Part shown: piece after piece, positions 12,001-18,017 of the stretch
Numbering within the stretch: the first letter of the stretch is position 1
Layout of the letters: each line of letters begins with the position of its first letter
Assembly: GCA_963667055.2 (NCBI GenBank)
Contig: OY762956.1
Coordinates: 1,459,490-1,523,489 of the forward strand
Reading direction: 5' to 3'
Length of the DNA: 64,000 nucleotides
Source of the DNA: Dehalococcoidia bacterium
GTDB taxonomy: Bacteria > Chloroflexota > Dehalococcoidia > Lucifugimonadales > QGNO01
Notes under the pieces: model-generated
Told to the model about the DNA's origin: nothing
The model's database searches: none
What the model saw: the letters and a program-made list of their open reading frames with translations, nothing else
Position numbers and translations under genes: made by a program

Positions 12001-14471
12001 CGCTGACCTTCACCAGCGCAAACTGGAACCAGAACCAGACCGTGGCCGTCAAGCTGGCCTCCAGGCCCGCCGCCACCGTAAGGGTCAGGCTCTCCATGGA
12101 CGGCGTGGTGTTCAGCCGCTCCACCCTCACATTCACCACCTCCAACTGGAACACGGCGCAGAACGTGAATGTGAGGCTCTCCGCCCAGCCTCAAGCCGAC
12201 GCTACGGTGGACTTGAGCGGCTGCTGCGGCTACCTCGACGGCGCCATCAGGTCCTACAAGGTCACCGGGCTGGCCGCGGACAAGGAGTACCTCTTCCAGG
12301 TCGCCCCCGTGAAGCAAATCAAGAACGTCGAGTTCCCGCTGAAAGTCCATGCATCTTGGACGTTCACGGCCTTCAACGCCGGCAATAATCAGACTGCGCT
12401 CACCTGGGACGACCCGCAGGACGCCACCATCCAGAAGTACCAGTACCGCCAGAAGACGGGAACGGGCAGCTTCGGCAGCTGGACGGACATACCGGGCAGC
12501 GGCGCAGCCACCACCTCCTACACCGCCGCGTGCGCGCCCGTGGGCCAGCCGCCCGTGAGCCGGGTCTGCACCGTGGAAGTGCGCCCCGTGGTGCGGCCCG
12601 TGACGTACCCGCCGACTAACGAGGCCACCGTGACCCCGCCCACCAACGCGGGGTGGAATGACCTCTCCGCTATGGTTGAGCAGCCTGCCTCGTCCACTGC
12701 GGCCACCGAAGGCGCGTCTCCGGCCAACGCCAACATGGTGCCCAGGACCGAATACACCGTGACCAACCTGGACCGGGGCCAGACCTACAGCTTCCAGCTT
12801 CGCGCCGTGAACACGGCGGGAACGGGCCCGGCCACCATCAACCAGCTGACCACGGCCAACGTCGCGGTCACGCCTCCTGCCCCGCCGCTGAACTTCACCG
12901 CCGACAACGGCGAGAAGCTGGGGACCGTCAAGCTCACGTGGGACGACCCCAGCCCCGCCGACTCCACCATCACCGGGTGGGAATACCGCCAGCCCTATGG
13001 CGCCACCACGGCCTCCAAGTCGTGGACGAGTGTGCCCGGCGGGGCGGAAGCGCGCGAGTTCATCGTCAGCGGCCTGCAGCCGCTGTCCTCCTACGGGTTC
13101 CAGGTACGGGCAGTCAACCCCGTGGTGAATACCGTCACAGGCGGCAACCCTTCCGGGGTTGCCCATATCGTTACCCGTGGCGTGCGGCCTTCCACGACCA
13201 AGATAGATGGTTTGCAGGCAGGTTCCTCCGTCGCCTACACCATCGTCCTCGCCAACGAGCGGCCCACCAGCGACGTGGTGGTGAATGTAGCCGTCACCGG
13301 CGACCCCGACGTGCAAGTCAGCCCCTCGCTGCTCTTCTTCACCCCGGACAACTGGAACAAGGCCCAGACCGTCAGAATCATCGCCAGCGGCTCCAGCGCC
13401 GGGGTCACTATCGAGCACACCGCCTACGCCCACGACCCCGGCTACCACGGGATAACCATCCAGGATGTCACGGTGGGCCAGGTCAGAGCCGCGCCTCCTC
13501 CTGGCAGAAGGGTCCTCCCGGCGGCGCCCGTATTGCTCTCGGTTGAGGGCGGCGACAGGCAGGCCGTGCTGACGTGGGCCCCCGGCGACGCGAATGCCCC
13601 GGTCACCCGCTACCAGTACCGCTATCACACCGGCGGCGGAGACTACGGCGACTGGACCGACACGGGCGGCTTGACCCTCACCCACGTCGTGACCGGCCTC
13701 CCGAACGGCCGCTGGTACACCTTCCAGATGCGCACGATGGGGAGCGGCAACCTGCCGAGCGCCCCCTCCAACGAGGTCCGCGACAACACGATCCCGGCGG
13801 CGCCCGCCGGCTTCCGGGCCCAGGGCGGCGATGCGCTGGTCACCCTCTCCTGGGACGCCGCCGCCAACGACGCTGTCACCGGCTATCAGTACCTCCGGAG
13901 GTCCGGAACCGGCCCCTACGGCGAGTGGACGGACATGACAGGCGCCGACGGCGGGACCGTTAAGTACGAGGTGGGCGGCCTCGAAGCCGATACGGAGTAC
14001 ACCTTCCGGATTCGGGCGATTGCGGGCGCCAAGGCCGGTGAACCTTCCGCCGAGGTCGCCGCCGCTACCCTGAAAGAGAAAACGACGCCTGAGCCTGCAC
14101 CGGAGCCGACGCCCGAACCGGCAGCTACGCCGGAGCCGACACCCGAACCGGCAGCTACGCCTGCGCCCGAACCGGCAGCTACGCCCACGGCCACACCAAC
14201 GGTCATGCCTACGCCTGAGCCGACACCCGAGCCCACGCCGGAGCCGGCGCCTGAGCCGACGCCCACCCCTGTGCCGGCAGATACTCCCGTCGCTGAGGCT
14301 ACCGTGGAGCCGGCGGCGCCCACGCCGCCGGCTGACCAGGACGAGGGCATATCGCCTGTCCTGGTAATCGTTCTGGCGGTTGGCGGGGCGCTGCTCTTTG
14401 GCGCGTTCTGGTTCCTTGCGGCCAGACGCCGAAGGCGCGGCAAATATCATCACCGGTGGAGCCGGATGTAA
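3..14471 (+). CDS. Giant surface protein, 5'-truncated by the window edge: about 45-50 tandem fibronectin type III (FN3) repeats, Ig-like 'NWN..QTV' modules, Pro/Thr/Glu-rich stalk, C-terminal TM anchor
   Basis: The reading frame is open from nt 3 (AITGYEYRYRALAGTTDW.. is already mid-FN3), so the TTG at 36 is not the real start. A ~90-100 aa unit recurs throughout: 'L(S/T)W..P.(N/D)(S/D)(S/T)IT.W(E/Q)Y(R/Q).K....YG.WT.(I/V)..S...T.SYTVTGLTN.T.YTF.VRAVN..G.G..S'. The C-terminus has PEPTPEPAAT repeats, a hydrophobic helix ISPVLVIVLAVGGALLFGAFWFLAA and RRRRRGK. Stop at 14469-14471. Confidence 0.9.
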   Translation, partial: AITGYEYRYRALAGTTDWRPWVTISASATSVDVGSLINAQEHEVQVRAVNSDGKGASASIKGTPVAVPSTPAGLTAKMGGTQAFLSWTNPNDSSITSYQMRTRTGSAADIVVGTYASKKLTLEWTALNDSSITKYQYSLNASTWLDITCAGSGCPQGTPMSHTFNQSLTFGREYTYQVRGFTSNNTTVAVTGLKVWEETSTSATATSHTIAGLTSGTTYKFHLRAVNSTGNGLDATVTPSALAVPSKPAGFTATAKNASVDLAWTDPNNSSISGWQFRQWTGSNADFVVSVGGGQTFTLSWTASSTSNITKWEYSADGSNWTGICWTAANSGCPSVTSHTFSPGGLSGLPSGTYTFQVRAAVSTGTAPTVTNLEAWETVSTSATATSHTATGLANGTEYKFKVRAVNAAGNGADSDEVKSTPDSPPSAPTVTATVGHGTATLSWTLSPADSSITSWEARHKLTTASWPTTGALGWAGVTGTKQALKGSYRAGTGAPYLLLTWTNLNDSSITKYEWRSRRTGTQTWGAWTEICNTASNSGCPATTSLYVNSGVVPNVNNDIEVRATTRDARSHTVEGLTNGSNYDFQVRAVNPSGNGAPGAAQATPLAKPSAPTVTATPRNGSVILAWTDPSNDTITKWQYRYKGAGGYGAWTNIPGSDDSTTTFTRTGLTNNTAYTFQVRAVNSSGDGTASAGVSVTPVAVPTAATLASAAPSGSASVVLTWTYSGSASATSWDYSKDDGANWTAVPSSGASTRTYTVPSLTSGTTYTFRVRGVNSLGNGAESNALLATAGVPAAPAGLAAAAVNGQTALTWDDPSNSTIASYELRGRAGTGADFVVGTGASGQTRLEWANPNNSSITKYQYSADGSNWTDIPCTSPCAVGTQTDYTVTATLTSGAHVTYRVRGYIAANNTVTVTGLKAWAQISTSATYSSHTVTGLTNGTAYTFSLRAKNSTGYGDSSSVTATPGYKPLGLTAAINTSTDTSVDLSWTAASDSTITGWQYSKDDGSTWANVPSSGASTTSYTVTGLSYGKTYQFKVRAAYSVGSSLGSDAATASTKPAKPTGFSATPKHQGAVLEWTDPGNGTITGWEYRQKDAGSYGSWTAISSSSATTTTFTRTGLTNNTAYTFQVRAVNASGDGVASDEASATPKPVPAAPTGLSATARDKAVDLTWTKTTDTTVTGYEYQRKSGGAWGATWTAITDSDKDTVSHRVISLANNTAYQFRIRAVNSYGNGTASAEVSATPVPPPAAPTGLTATAESAGALLDWDNANDTTITKWQFRYKTTGGYTSWFNIPSSGANTVSYTKTGLTNNTAYTFQVRAVNPSGNGAPSSEASVTPRPAPTAPSLTSAAPGDSQVALSWTYSGSLAATGWQYSQDDGANWTTVPSSGASTRSYTVTGLTNDTEYTFKVRGVNSYGNGAESVGVKATPIGKPAKPTGLTATPKHQSVDLTWSNPGNSTITGWEYQYKTGGAYGSWTDVPNSTASTTSYTVTGLTNDTAHTFKVRAVNASGDGTASDGATATPKSSPAKPTGLTATAKAASVDLAWTDPNDSTINKWEYRKKSAGSYGSWTQMSTLATAASYTVGSLTNDTEYTFQIRASNQYGTSVESDEATATPMKVVPAKPTGFTVTAKNNSVILAWGNPSDTTITGWEYRYKTTGGYTSWTSIPSSGANTISYTKTGLSNNTEHTFQVRAVSSTGDGAPSDEKKATPRPVPTAPDLKSATPGHAQVTLRWVSPSIAATSYQYSKDGGSTWTTATFSGTVGTITSTVTGLTNGTEYTFKVRGVNAYGNGAESIGVKATPLAKPSKPAGFTATAKHQSADLAWTDPNNSTITGWEYQYKTDGSYGSWTDVPGSTATTISYTVTGLTNDTAHTFKVRAVNASGGGAASDEKSATPKSSPAKPTGLTATAKHQSVKLTWTDPGDSTINKWEYRKKSGAGNYGSWTQMSTSATATSYTVTGLTNDTEYTFRIRASNSYGIGAPSDEAKATPVPVPAKPTGLTAAAKHQSVDLTWSNPGNSTITGWEYQYRTTSGYGSWTDVPNSTATTTSYTVTGLTNNTSHTFRVRAVNSAGDGAASDGASATPVPVPAKPTGLSASPNNGQVVLSWTNPNNASIQKWQYQFKKTGGYFKWRDMTNSDASTASYAVSSLSNNVTHTFKIRAVNNSGDGAASNEASATPVAGAPEAPSLSAAGGDAQAALSWSKGGSTHVVSWEYRRKKGSGNYGSWTAVPSSDNSTTSYTVTGLDNGATYTFQVRGVNTSGDGSVSDEVSAPTLPSKPSNPTAAAKTGKAAILYTEGQVDLTWTDPDNDSITAWQYQYKSKPDGGSYGSYGAWTDMTPTASGNNLTFTITGLTHGTTYRFKVRAANAAGNSPASNESAEAKPALPTPAKPAGLTATPKVQKVTLSWTNPNNSTITGWKYRQKEGSNNWGGWTAISNSDKDTTSVELTGLTNDTTYSFKIRAVNASGDGDESDEATAIPRALPGKPTGFNASGRLGRAMLAWTAPSGSTVTHWQYRYTSSGANAITSAAWADVPGSADNTTSFSTPPLSYNTKYHFQVRAVNGSGPGAASDTDWAVPVAAKPFKPSSFTATSGDGQAALRWYNTTNLYVSPYFHSWQHRVKEGNNAWGDWVTVNEESTSSSDRWHTRTLTGLDNNKTYTYQVRSANGLGHSPVSAEASVIPLARPTKPAGLSGTGGDGRATLSWTAATDVSTTGWGYQYLAWRVANDGTEAIPGNAQVTLNWTHTDNTNISKWQYTNYNHTPWTDVSGGASARQVTVSSLTNGTAYTFGVRALDSGGNLVAGTAKSAVSAMPTAAGGWRHVSNSDHTTTKATLYLANGASYKARIRASNNAKPNGIGPASDAVSFYLIPAKPSGFAAAGGNTQTTLSWTGADNSTITKWQARMRTGNLPDFVVGRGSNTEVALEWTGPENGSVTKWQYSADGSNWTDISSSSAATRSHTVTANLTSGTPYVYRVRGYVSSNNTVAATGLKAWTTVSTSATAASHIVTGLVNGISYKFQLRAVNAVGASAPSDEKAATMYPAPPTNLAAEPGDSQVVLVWDDPNDSSITEYEYQQKEGASGSYGSWTDMTGSGANTMSYTVTGLTNATQYSFKIRAVNAIGTGAASGEASATPQPAPSQPTGLTASAAGTTVTLNWDTTTDTAIDKWQYRQKEGIRNWGAWANVSNSSSSTNSMTLPNLDAGTVYYFRVRAVNTNNVAGPGSAVASTATTPLKPTGLVAVIGFQQATLSWNDPQYPSITVWQYRYKSKPKDGQFGSYGDWTDMSPSKADTRTFTVTGLTSGTTYAFQIRAKNPAGDSPASDDSNQATLPVLPGEPQSLVADKSYRQATDDFQITLSWTLSADPTIIRWQYRSALAGADLNAAGWTDIPASDKDTRSYVLPHSITGAGYQFQVRAVNLGGGGVASSVARVTLTPAAATLSTITTVSYDTSDLDFDVTLTWAALNPADPSIKRWEYRAATGDADTTDAGWTTLLGAAPWKTASGTTHSSTSHEVEGVSGEVMRFQVRAVNRAGDGPASNAEQVTLLPDEPVNFKGNVTQTGANQATLTWDDPQDESISKYQYRTMEGSLAAVAADGQATLYWQNPNDSAITKWQYRYKSRPASDEEFGSYGSWTDIPCASPCLVRTLNSYVITNLTNDTTYTFQVRAVTQTTLKELPAVVSESIASVGSAGEITLSWADPSDSDIVKWRYRVRVLPDTGEPDNLAVVTAGGQATLYWVNPNDSAVTRWQYRRKEGTGSFGNWTNIPCSWPCAAKTQRSYTVTGLTDGTAYTFQVRAVKPNVERPLAAVGSWSIGNIGSNARVTLYWARPNNSSFIDKYQYSTDGSTWTDIPNTGSTTTSYTATGLADGTEYTFEIRGVSQNGSIVTTAGPWNFTAYTASNNRATLTWADPNNSSIVKYQYRSRTGMGSFGSYWTNISSSDEGTTSYNAYCATGRVCTVEVRPVVHPASDQATATPPNGTTSNFVAGTVEGGWTDVLTSPNFSPSTLTFTSANWNQNQTVAVKLASRPAATVRVRLSMDGVVFSRSTLTFTTSNWNTAQNVNVRLSAQPQADATVDLSGCCGYLDGAIRSYKVTGLAADKEYLFQVAPVKQIKNVEFPLKVHASWTFTAFNAGNNQTALTWDDPQDATIQKYQYRQKTGTGSFGSWTDIPGSGAATTSYTAACAPVGQPPVSRVCTVEVRPVVRPVTYPPTNEATVTPPTNAGWNDLSAMVEQPASSTAATEGASPANANMVPRTEYTVTNLDRGQTYSFQLRAVNTAGTGPATINQLTTANVAVTPPAPPLNFTADNGEKLGTVKLTWDDPSPADSTITGWEYRQPYGATTASKSWTSVPGGAEAREFIVSGLQPLSSYGFQVRAVNPVVNTVTGGNPSGVAHIVTRGVRPSTTKIDGLQAGSSVAYTIVLANERPTSDVVVNVAVTGDPDVQVSPSLLFFTPDNWNKAQTVRIIASGSSAGVTIEHTAYAHDPGYHGITIQDVTVGQVRAAPPPGRRVLPAAPVLLSVEGGDRQAVLTWAPGDANAPVTRYQYRYHTGGGDYGDWTDTGGLTLTHVVTGLPNGRWYTFQMRTMGSGNLPSAPSNEVRDNTIPAAPAGFRAQGGDALVTLSWDAAANDAVTGYQYLRRSGTGPYGEWTDMTGADGGTVKYEVGGLEADTEYTFRIRAIAGAKAGEPSAEVAAATLKEKTTPEPAPEPTPEPAATPEPTPEPAATPAPEPAATPTATPTVMPTPEPTPEPTPEPAPEPTPTPVPADTPVAEATVEPAAPTPPADQDEGISPVLVIVLAVGGALLFGAFWFLAARRRRRGKYHHRWSRM
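3831..6060 (+). repeat. Intragenic higher-order tandem duplication: two copies of a four-FN3 super-repeat, period 1,119 nt
   Basis: The domain order A(W..RYKTTGGYTSW) - B(YQYS.D(D/G)G..W) - C(GWEYQYKT.G.YGSW) - D(NKWEYRKKS..YGSWTQMST) occurs twice. The anchor 'tgg..(g/c)..tacaagactaccggcggctacaccagttgg' is at 3831 and again at 4950. Confidence 0.75.
14101..14184 (+). repeat. 30-nt tandem repeat (2.8 copies) encoding the PEPTPEPAAT stalk
   Basis: cggagccgac(g/a)cccgaaccggcagctacgc at 14101-14130 and 14131-14160, with a partial third copy to 14184. Confidence 0.8.
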
Positions 14472-14611
14472 GACGCTGCGGAAGATTGTCTCGCGATTGA
14501 TCGTGATCTCCGTTGCGGGGCTGTCCTGAGCGTGGCCGGTGTCGCCCTGCAATGACTTTGGATTACGTTTTGGGTAATCTGTTTACGTTACAATTACTAT
14601 CCTTAAAATCA

Positions 14612-14620
14612 TGGTATAAT
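14612..14620 (+). promoter_or_regulatory. Candidate extended -10 promoter element (TGgTATAAT) for the downstream sensor kinase
   Basis: tggtataat lies in an AT-rich spacer 26 nt upstream of the TTG start at 14646. A GGAGAGAGAAG Shine-Dalgarno-like run sits in between. No good -35 was seen. Confidence 0.35.
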
Positions 14621-14645
14621 CCACTCCTGCGGGCGGAGAGAGAAG

Positions 14646-17021
14646 TTGACGCAACCGGACGAAAGAGACCGTCAGATAGCGGCGCTGCGAGACAGGCTGT
14701 CCCGGCTCAGCCGTGCCAGCCTGCGCATCAATGAGAGCCTCGATGTCGAGGCGGCGCTGCAGGGCGTCCTGGACGGCGCCCGCTCAGTGACGGGCGCTGC
14801 CTACGCCCTCATCACCACCCTGGACGACTCAGGCGGGGTGGAAGACCACCTTGTCGCGGGCATAAGCGCCGAGGATGCGGAGCGGCTGTGGCAGGACCCC
14901 GACGGACCGGAGTTCTTCAAGTACGTGAACGCCCTCTCAGGCTCGCTGAGAGTCAGTGATCTGGAGGAGTTGACCAGGGCCATAGGCATCCTGGATTTCC
15001 GTCCCCCCGTCAGGATCACCGCCTTCATGGCAGCCCCGATACTCCACCAGGGCGCGCGCGTGGGCAACATCTACGTGGCGACCGATGCTCCCGGCAGGGA
15101 GTTCACCAGCGAGGACGAAGAGACGTTGGTGATGTTCGCTTCTCAGGCGGCGCAGGTCATTGCCAACGCCCGCCGCCACCGTGACGAAAAGCGCGCCAGG
15201 GACGGCCTGGAGACCCTGATCGACACCTCGCCCGTGGGCGTCGCCGTCTTCGATGTGGGGAAGGGCGCCCCGGCGACGTTCAACCGGGAGGCAAGGAGGA
15301 TAATCGACAACCTGCGGGAACCGCAACAGCCGCCGGAGGACCTCCTTGGGTTGCTGAGCATCCGGCGCGCCGACGGGCGGGAATTCTCCCTGATGGAGTT
15401 CCCCCTGGCCGAAGTCCTGAGCACAAGCGAAAAGGTGCGGGCCGAGGAGATAGTGATGGAGACGCCCGACGGTCGGAGCGCCACGGTGCTGCTCAATGCC
15501 ACGCCCATCCGCTCCGAGGGGGGCGAGGTGGAGTCGGTGGTCGTCACCATGCAGGATATGACGCCCCTGGAGGAGGTGGAGCGGCTGCGGGCCGAGTTTC
15601 TGGGCATGGTGAGCCACGAACTGCGTATGCCGCTGACCTCCATCTGGGGCTCGGCAACGGCCATGCTGGACGGCGCGGAGGACCTGGACCCTGCTGAAAT
15701 GCGCCAGTTCCTCCGCATCATCCTGGATCAGGCCGGCAGCATGCGGGACCTGATCGGCAACCTGCTGGACGTGGCCCGCATCGAGATGGGAGAGCTGCCT
15801 GTAGACCCGGAGCCGGCGGAGGTGGCCGCGCTGGTGGACCGGGCCCGGAACGCCTTCCTGAGCGCCGGGGGCAGGAACAACCTGGCCATCGACCTGGCGT
15901 CGGACCTGCCCCTCGTGATGGCGGATCGCAGGCGCATCGCCCAGGTCATCGGCAACCTCCTGACAAACGCCGCCCGGCATTCGCCGGAGCCGTCCGTCAT
16001 CACGATCTCCGCCGTTCGTGACGGCGTCCATGTCCGGGTCTCAGTGGCGGACGAAGGCAGGGGAATACCCACCGAGCGTCTGCCCAACCTGTTCCGCAAG
16101 TTCTCCCGCCGGGATGACGACGACCCGGGGGGCGATACCGGCCTTGGACTGGCCATCTGCAAGGGAATCGTGGAGGCACACGGAGGCCGCATCTGGGCCG
16201 AGAGCGAAGGACCGGGACTGGGCGCGCGGTTCACCTTCACTATCCCGGTGATAGAACAGGCCGCGGCCCAACGCCGCATATCCCCAGGAGGCCGGCGGCG
16301 GGGGGCGGTAGATGTGGAGCCCATCCTCGTGGTAGACGACGACCCCCGAACGCTCCTGCTTCTCAGGAGAGTGCTCTCCGACGCCGGATATCACCCGATT
16401 GTTACCGCCGACCCGGAGGAGGCGATCCCCCTTGTGGAGGAGCATCTACCCCACCTGGTGCTGCTCGACATGATGCTGCCCGGCTCTGACGGTATTGAGT
16501 TGATGAGGGACATCATCGCAATATCCAACGTGCCGGTGATCTTCCTCTCGGCTTATGGGCGCGACCAGGTGGTTGCTCGGGCCTTTGAAGGCGGAGCGGC
16601 CGACTACATCATCAAGCCCTTCTCGCCAACCGAACTGGTCGCCAGGGTCGGCGCGGCTCTCCGGAGATTTACGGAGCCCTACCGGCCTGAGCCGTCGGAG
16701 AGCTACGCTCTGGGCGACCTGGCCATCGACTACGCCCAACGGCTGGTTACCCTGGCCGGGCGGCCGGTGCAGTTGACGGCCACCGAATACCGGCTGCTCT
16801 TCGAACTGTCGGTCAACGCCGGAAGGGTGTTGACCCACAACCAGCTGTTGCGAAAGGTCTGGGGTCCCAAGAATCCCGGTAATCTGGGTTCGCTCCGCAC
16901 CCACCTGAGAAGGCTCCGCAGCAAGCTCGGCGAGGGCGCAAGCAAACCCACCTACTTCTTCGCCGAACCCCGTGTCGGCTACCGGATGGCAAAGGGGGAA
17001 ACGCAGGAGGAGGAGCCGTAG
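14646..17021 (+). CDS. Hybrid sensor histidine kinase fused to a receiver domain and an OmpR-type winged-helix DNA-binding domain (GAF-PAS-HisKA-HATPase-REC-wHTH)
   Basis: Kinase motifs: H-box SHELRMPLTSI, N-box NLLTNAARHS, G1 DEGRGI, G2 GLGLAICKGIVEAHGGRIWAES. Receiver: ILVVDDD...LVLLDMMLPGSDG...IIKPF. Winged helix: LTATEYRLLFEL...LRTHLRRLRSKLGE...RVGYRMA. Confidence 0.85.
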   Translation: MTQPDERDRQIAALRDRLSRLSRASLRINESLDVEAALQGVLDGARSVTGAAYALITTLDDSGGVEDHLVAGISAEDAERLWQDPDGPEFFKYVNALSGSLRVSDLEELTRAIGILDFRPPVRITAFMAAPILHQGARVGNIYVATDAPGREFTSEDEETLVMFASQAAQVIANARRHRDEKRARDGLETLIDTSPVGVAVFDVGKGAPATFNREARRIIDNLREPQQPPEDLLGLLSIRRADGREFSLMEFPLAEVLSTSEKVRAEEIVMETPDGRSATVLLNATPIRSEGGEVESVVVTMQDMTPLEEVERLRAEFLGMVSHELRMPLTSIWGSATAMLDGAEDLDPAEMRQFLRIILDQAGSMRDLIGNLLDVARIEMGELPVDPEPAEVAALVDRARNAFLSAGGRNNLAIDLASDLPLVMADRRRIAQVIGNLLTNAARHSPEPSVITISAVRDGVHVRVSVADEGRGIPTERLPNLFRKFSRRDDDDPGGDTGLGLAICKGIVEAHGGRIWAESEGPGLGARFTFTIPVIEQAAAQRRISPGGRRRGAVDVEPILVVDDDPRTLLLLRRVLSDAGYHPIVTADPEEAIPLVEEHLPHLVLLDMMLPGSDGIELMRDIIAISNVPVIFLSAYGRDQVVARAFEGGAADYIIKPFSPTELVARVGAALRRFTEPYRPEPSESYALGDLAIDYAQRLVTLAGRPVQLTATEYRLLFELSVNAGRVLTHNQLLRKVWGPKNPGNLGSLRTHLRRLRSKLGEGASKPTYFFAEPRVGYRMAKGETQEEEP

Positions 17022-17105
17022 TAGACTGCGAATGGCAGACCGTCCTCGGCTGCGGAGGTCCCTCCATCGCCCGCCATTGCCCGCTTGTGCTATCCTGTTA
17101 AGCAC

Positions 17106-17831
17106 ATGATGAACGGGGAAGCGCCATTGCTCTCCGGAAGGAGCCGTCCAGTGAAGCGACTCATCGCCGTGCTGCTGTTGACCTGCCTGGCGGCTGCCGC
17201 GTAGGGCTGCGGCGGCTCCGAATCCACTCCCGCAGACCGGGAGACCCCTCAGGCCGCATCGTCTCCCTCCTCCGGCAACGGCGGCGCATCGTCTTCCTCA
17301 TCCTCCTCCCAAGACGGAGACTCGGACGGCCGCGCCAACGGAGACTCCGACAGTGAGGACGGCAAGGATGACGATGTCGTGAGCCGCGAGAACCCCGGAC
17401 TCGCGGGCACAATCTTCGACCCCAGCCGCAGCCTTGCCCTGTTCGACGCTCAGCCCCTGGACGCCGTGACGTGGGACACGCCGCCCACCATCGGCGGCGG
17501 AGCGCTGGAGGCGTCGGGCGTCCTCGATGAGGGCGTCAATCTGTTCAACCCCATGGTGGACGGCGAGGGCGCGGGCTTCATCGTCTACTACAAGGGAATG
17601 GACGAGCCGTTGGCGCTGCTGCTCCCCGACCTCGGCCCCATGGATATATGGGAGAGCAATTACACCATCGCCCCCATGGAGCACGAGTTCGAGGCATCTA
17701 CCTTTTCCATCATGGCCTACTCCCCGCTTTTCATGGACGTCGGCCCCGGCGACCTGGAAGTCCGGCTCTTTGGCATGGACGCCAACGGTGCGGACGCCCT
17801 GCTCGCAATCGAACCGGTACTGGCGCGGTAG
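17106..17831 (+). pseudogene. Secreted lipoprotein gene interrupted by an in-frame TAG inside the lipobox (pseudogene, sequencing error or read-through)
   Basis: ATG 17106 / GTG 17151 gives ..VKRLIAVLLLTCLAAAA-[TAG 17202-17204]-GCGGSESTPADRETPQAASSPSSGNGG..SSSSS..DSDSEDGKDDDVV, running in the same frame into the 150-aa ORF 17379-17831. There is no ATG/GTG/TTG between 17205 and 17379. Confidence 0.5.
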
Positions 17832-17841
17832 CCGCGCATCC

Positions 17842-17869
17842 GTAATGGCGGTCCGCGAACCGCCCTTAC
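17842..17869. repeat. REP-like palindrome, degenerate copy
   Basis: gtaatggcggtccgcgaaccgcccttac versus the consensus GTAGGGGCGGTTCGCGAACCGCCCCTAC. It lies just 3' of the lipoprotein ORF. Confidence 0.6.
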
Positions 17870-18017
17870 TTCCACCCGTACTTGATACGGGGTGAGCTTG
17901 TCGAACAATGCCCGTTTGCCCGTCCCCCGCTGCGTGCAAAGCCCTATCCACAGGTGCTATACTGAAACCTCAAGCGAAGGATTAGGGTGGCTAACCCAAA
18001 AAGGGCAAGTGACAACA

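Noticed and set aside
14300-14471. Calling the giant protein's tail a bona fide PEP-CTERM or LPXTG signal.
   Set aside because: No PEP, PGF or LPXTG motif lies directly N-terminal to the TM helix. The PEP triplets belong to the repetitive stalk further upstream.
527-14552. Many long ORFs on the minus strand and in alternative plus frames across the giant gene (for example 6825-10796, 1,323 aa; 11562-14552, 996 aa; 3315-4499; 5226-6464; 962-2956).
   Set aside because: All of them overlap the strongly periodic FN3 frame. Their translations are Arg/Gly/Pro/Ala-rich low-complexity strings, typical of non-coding frames in high-GC DNA, and they carry no motifs.
17202-17204. Pyrrolysine or another programmed recoding of the in-frame TAG.
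   Set aside because: There are no pyl genes or PYLIS-like context in the window, and no other evidence for it. A nonsense mutation or a base-call error is more parsimonious. It is kept as a finding only because the flanking coding signal is so clear.
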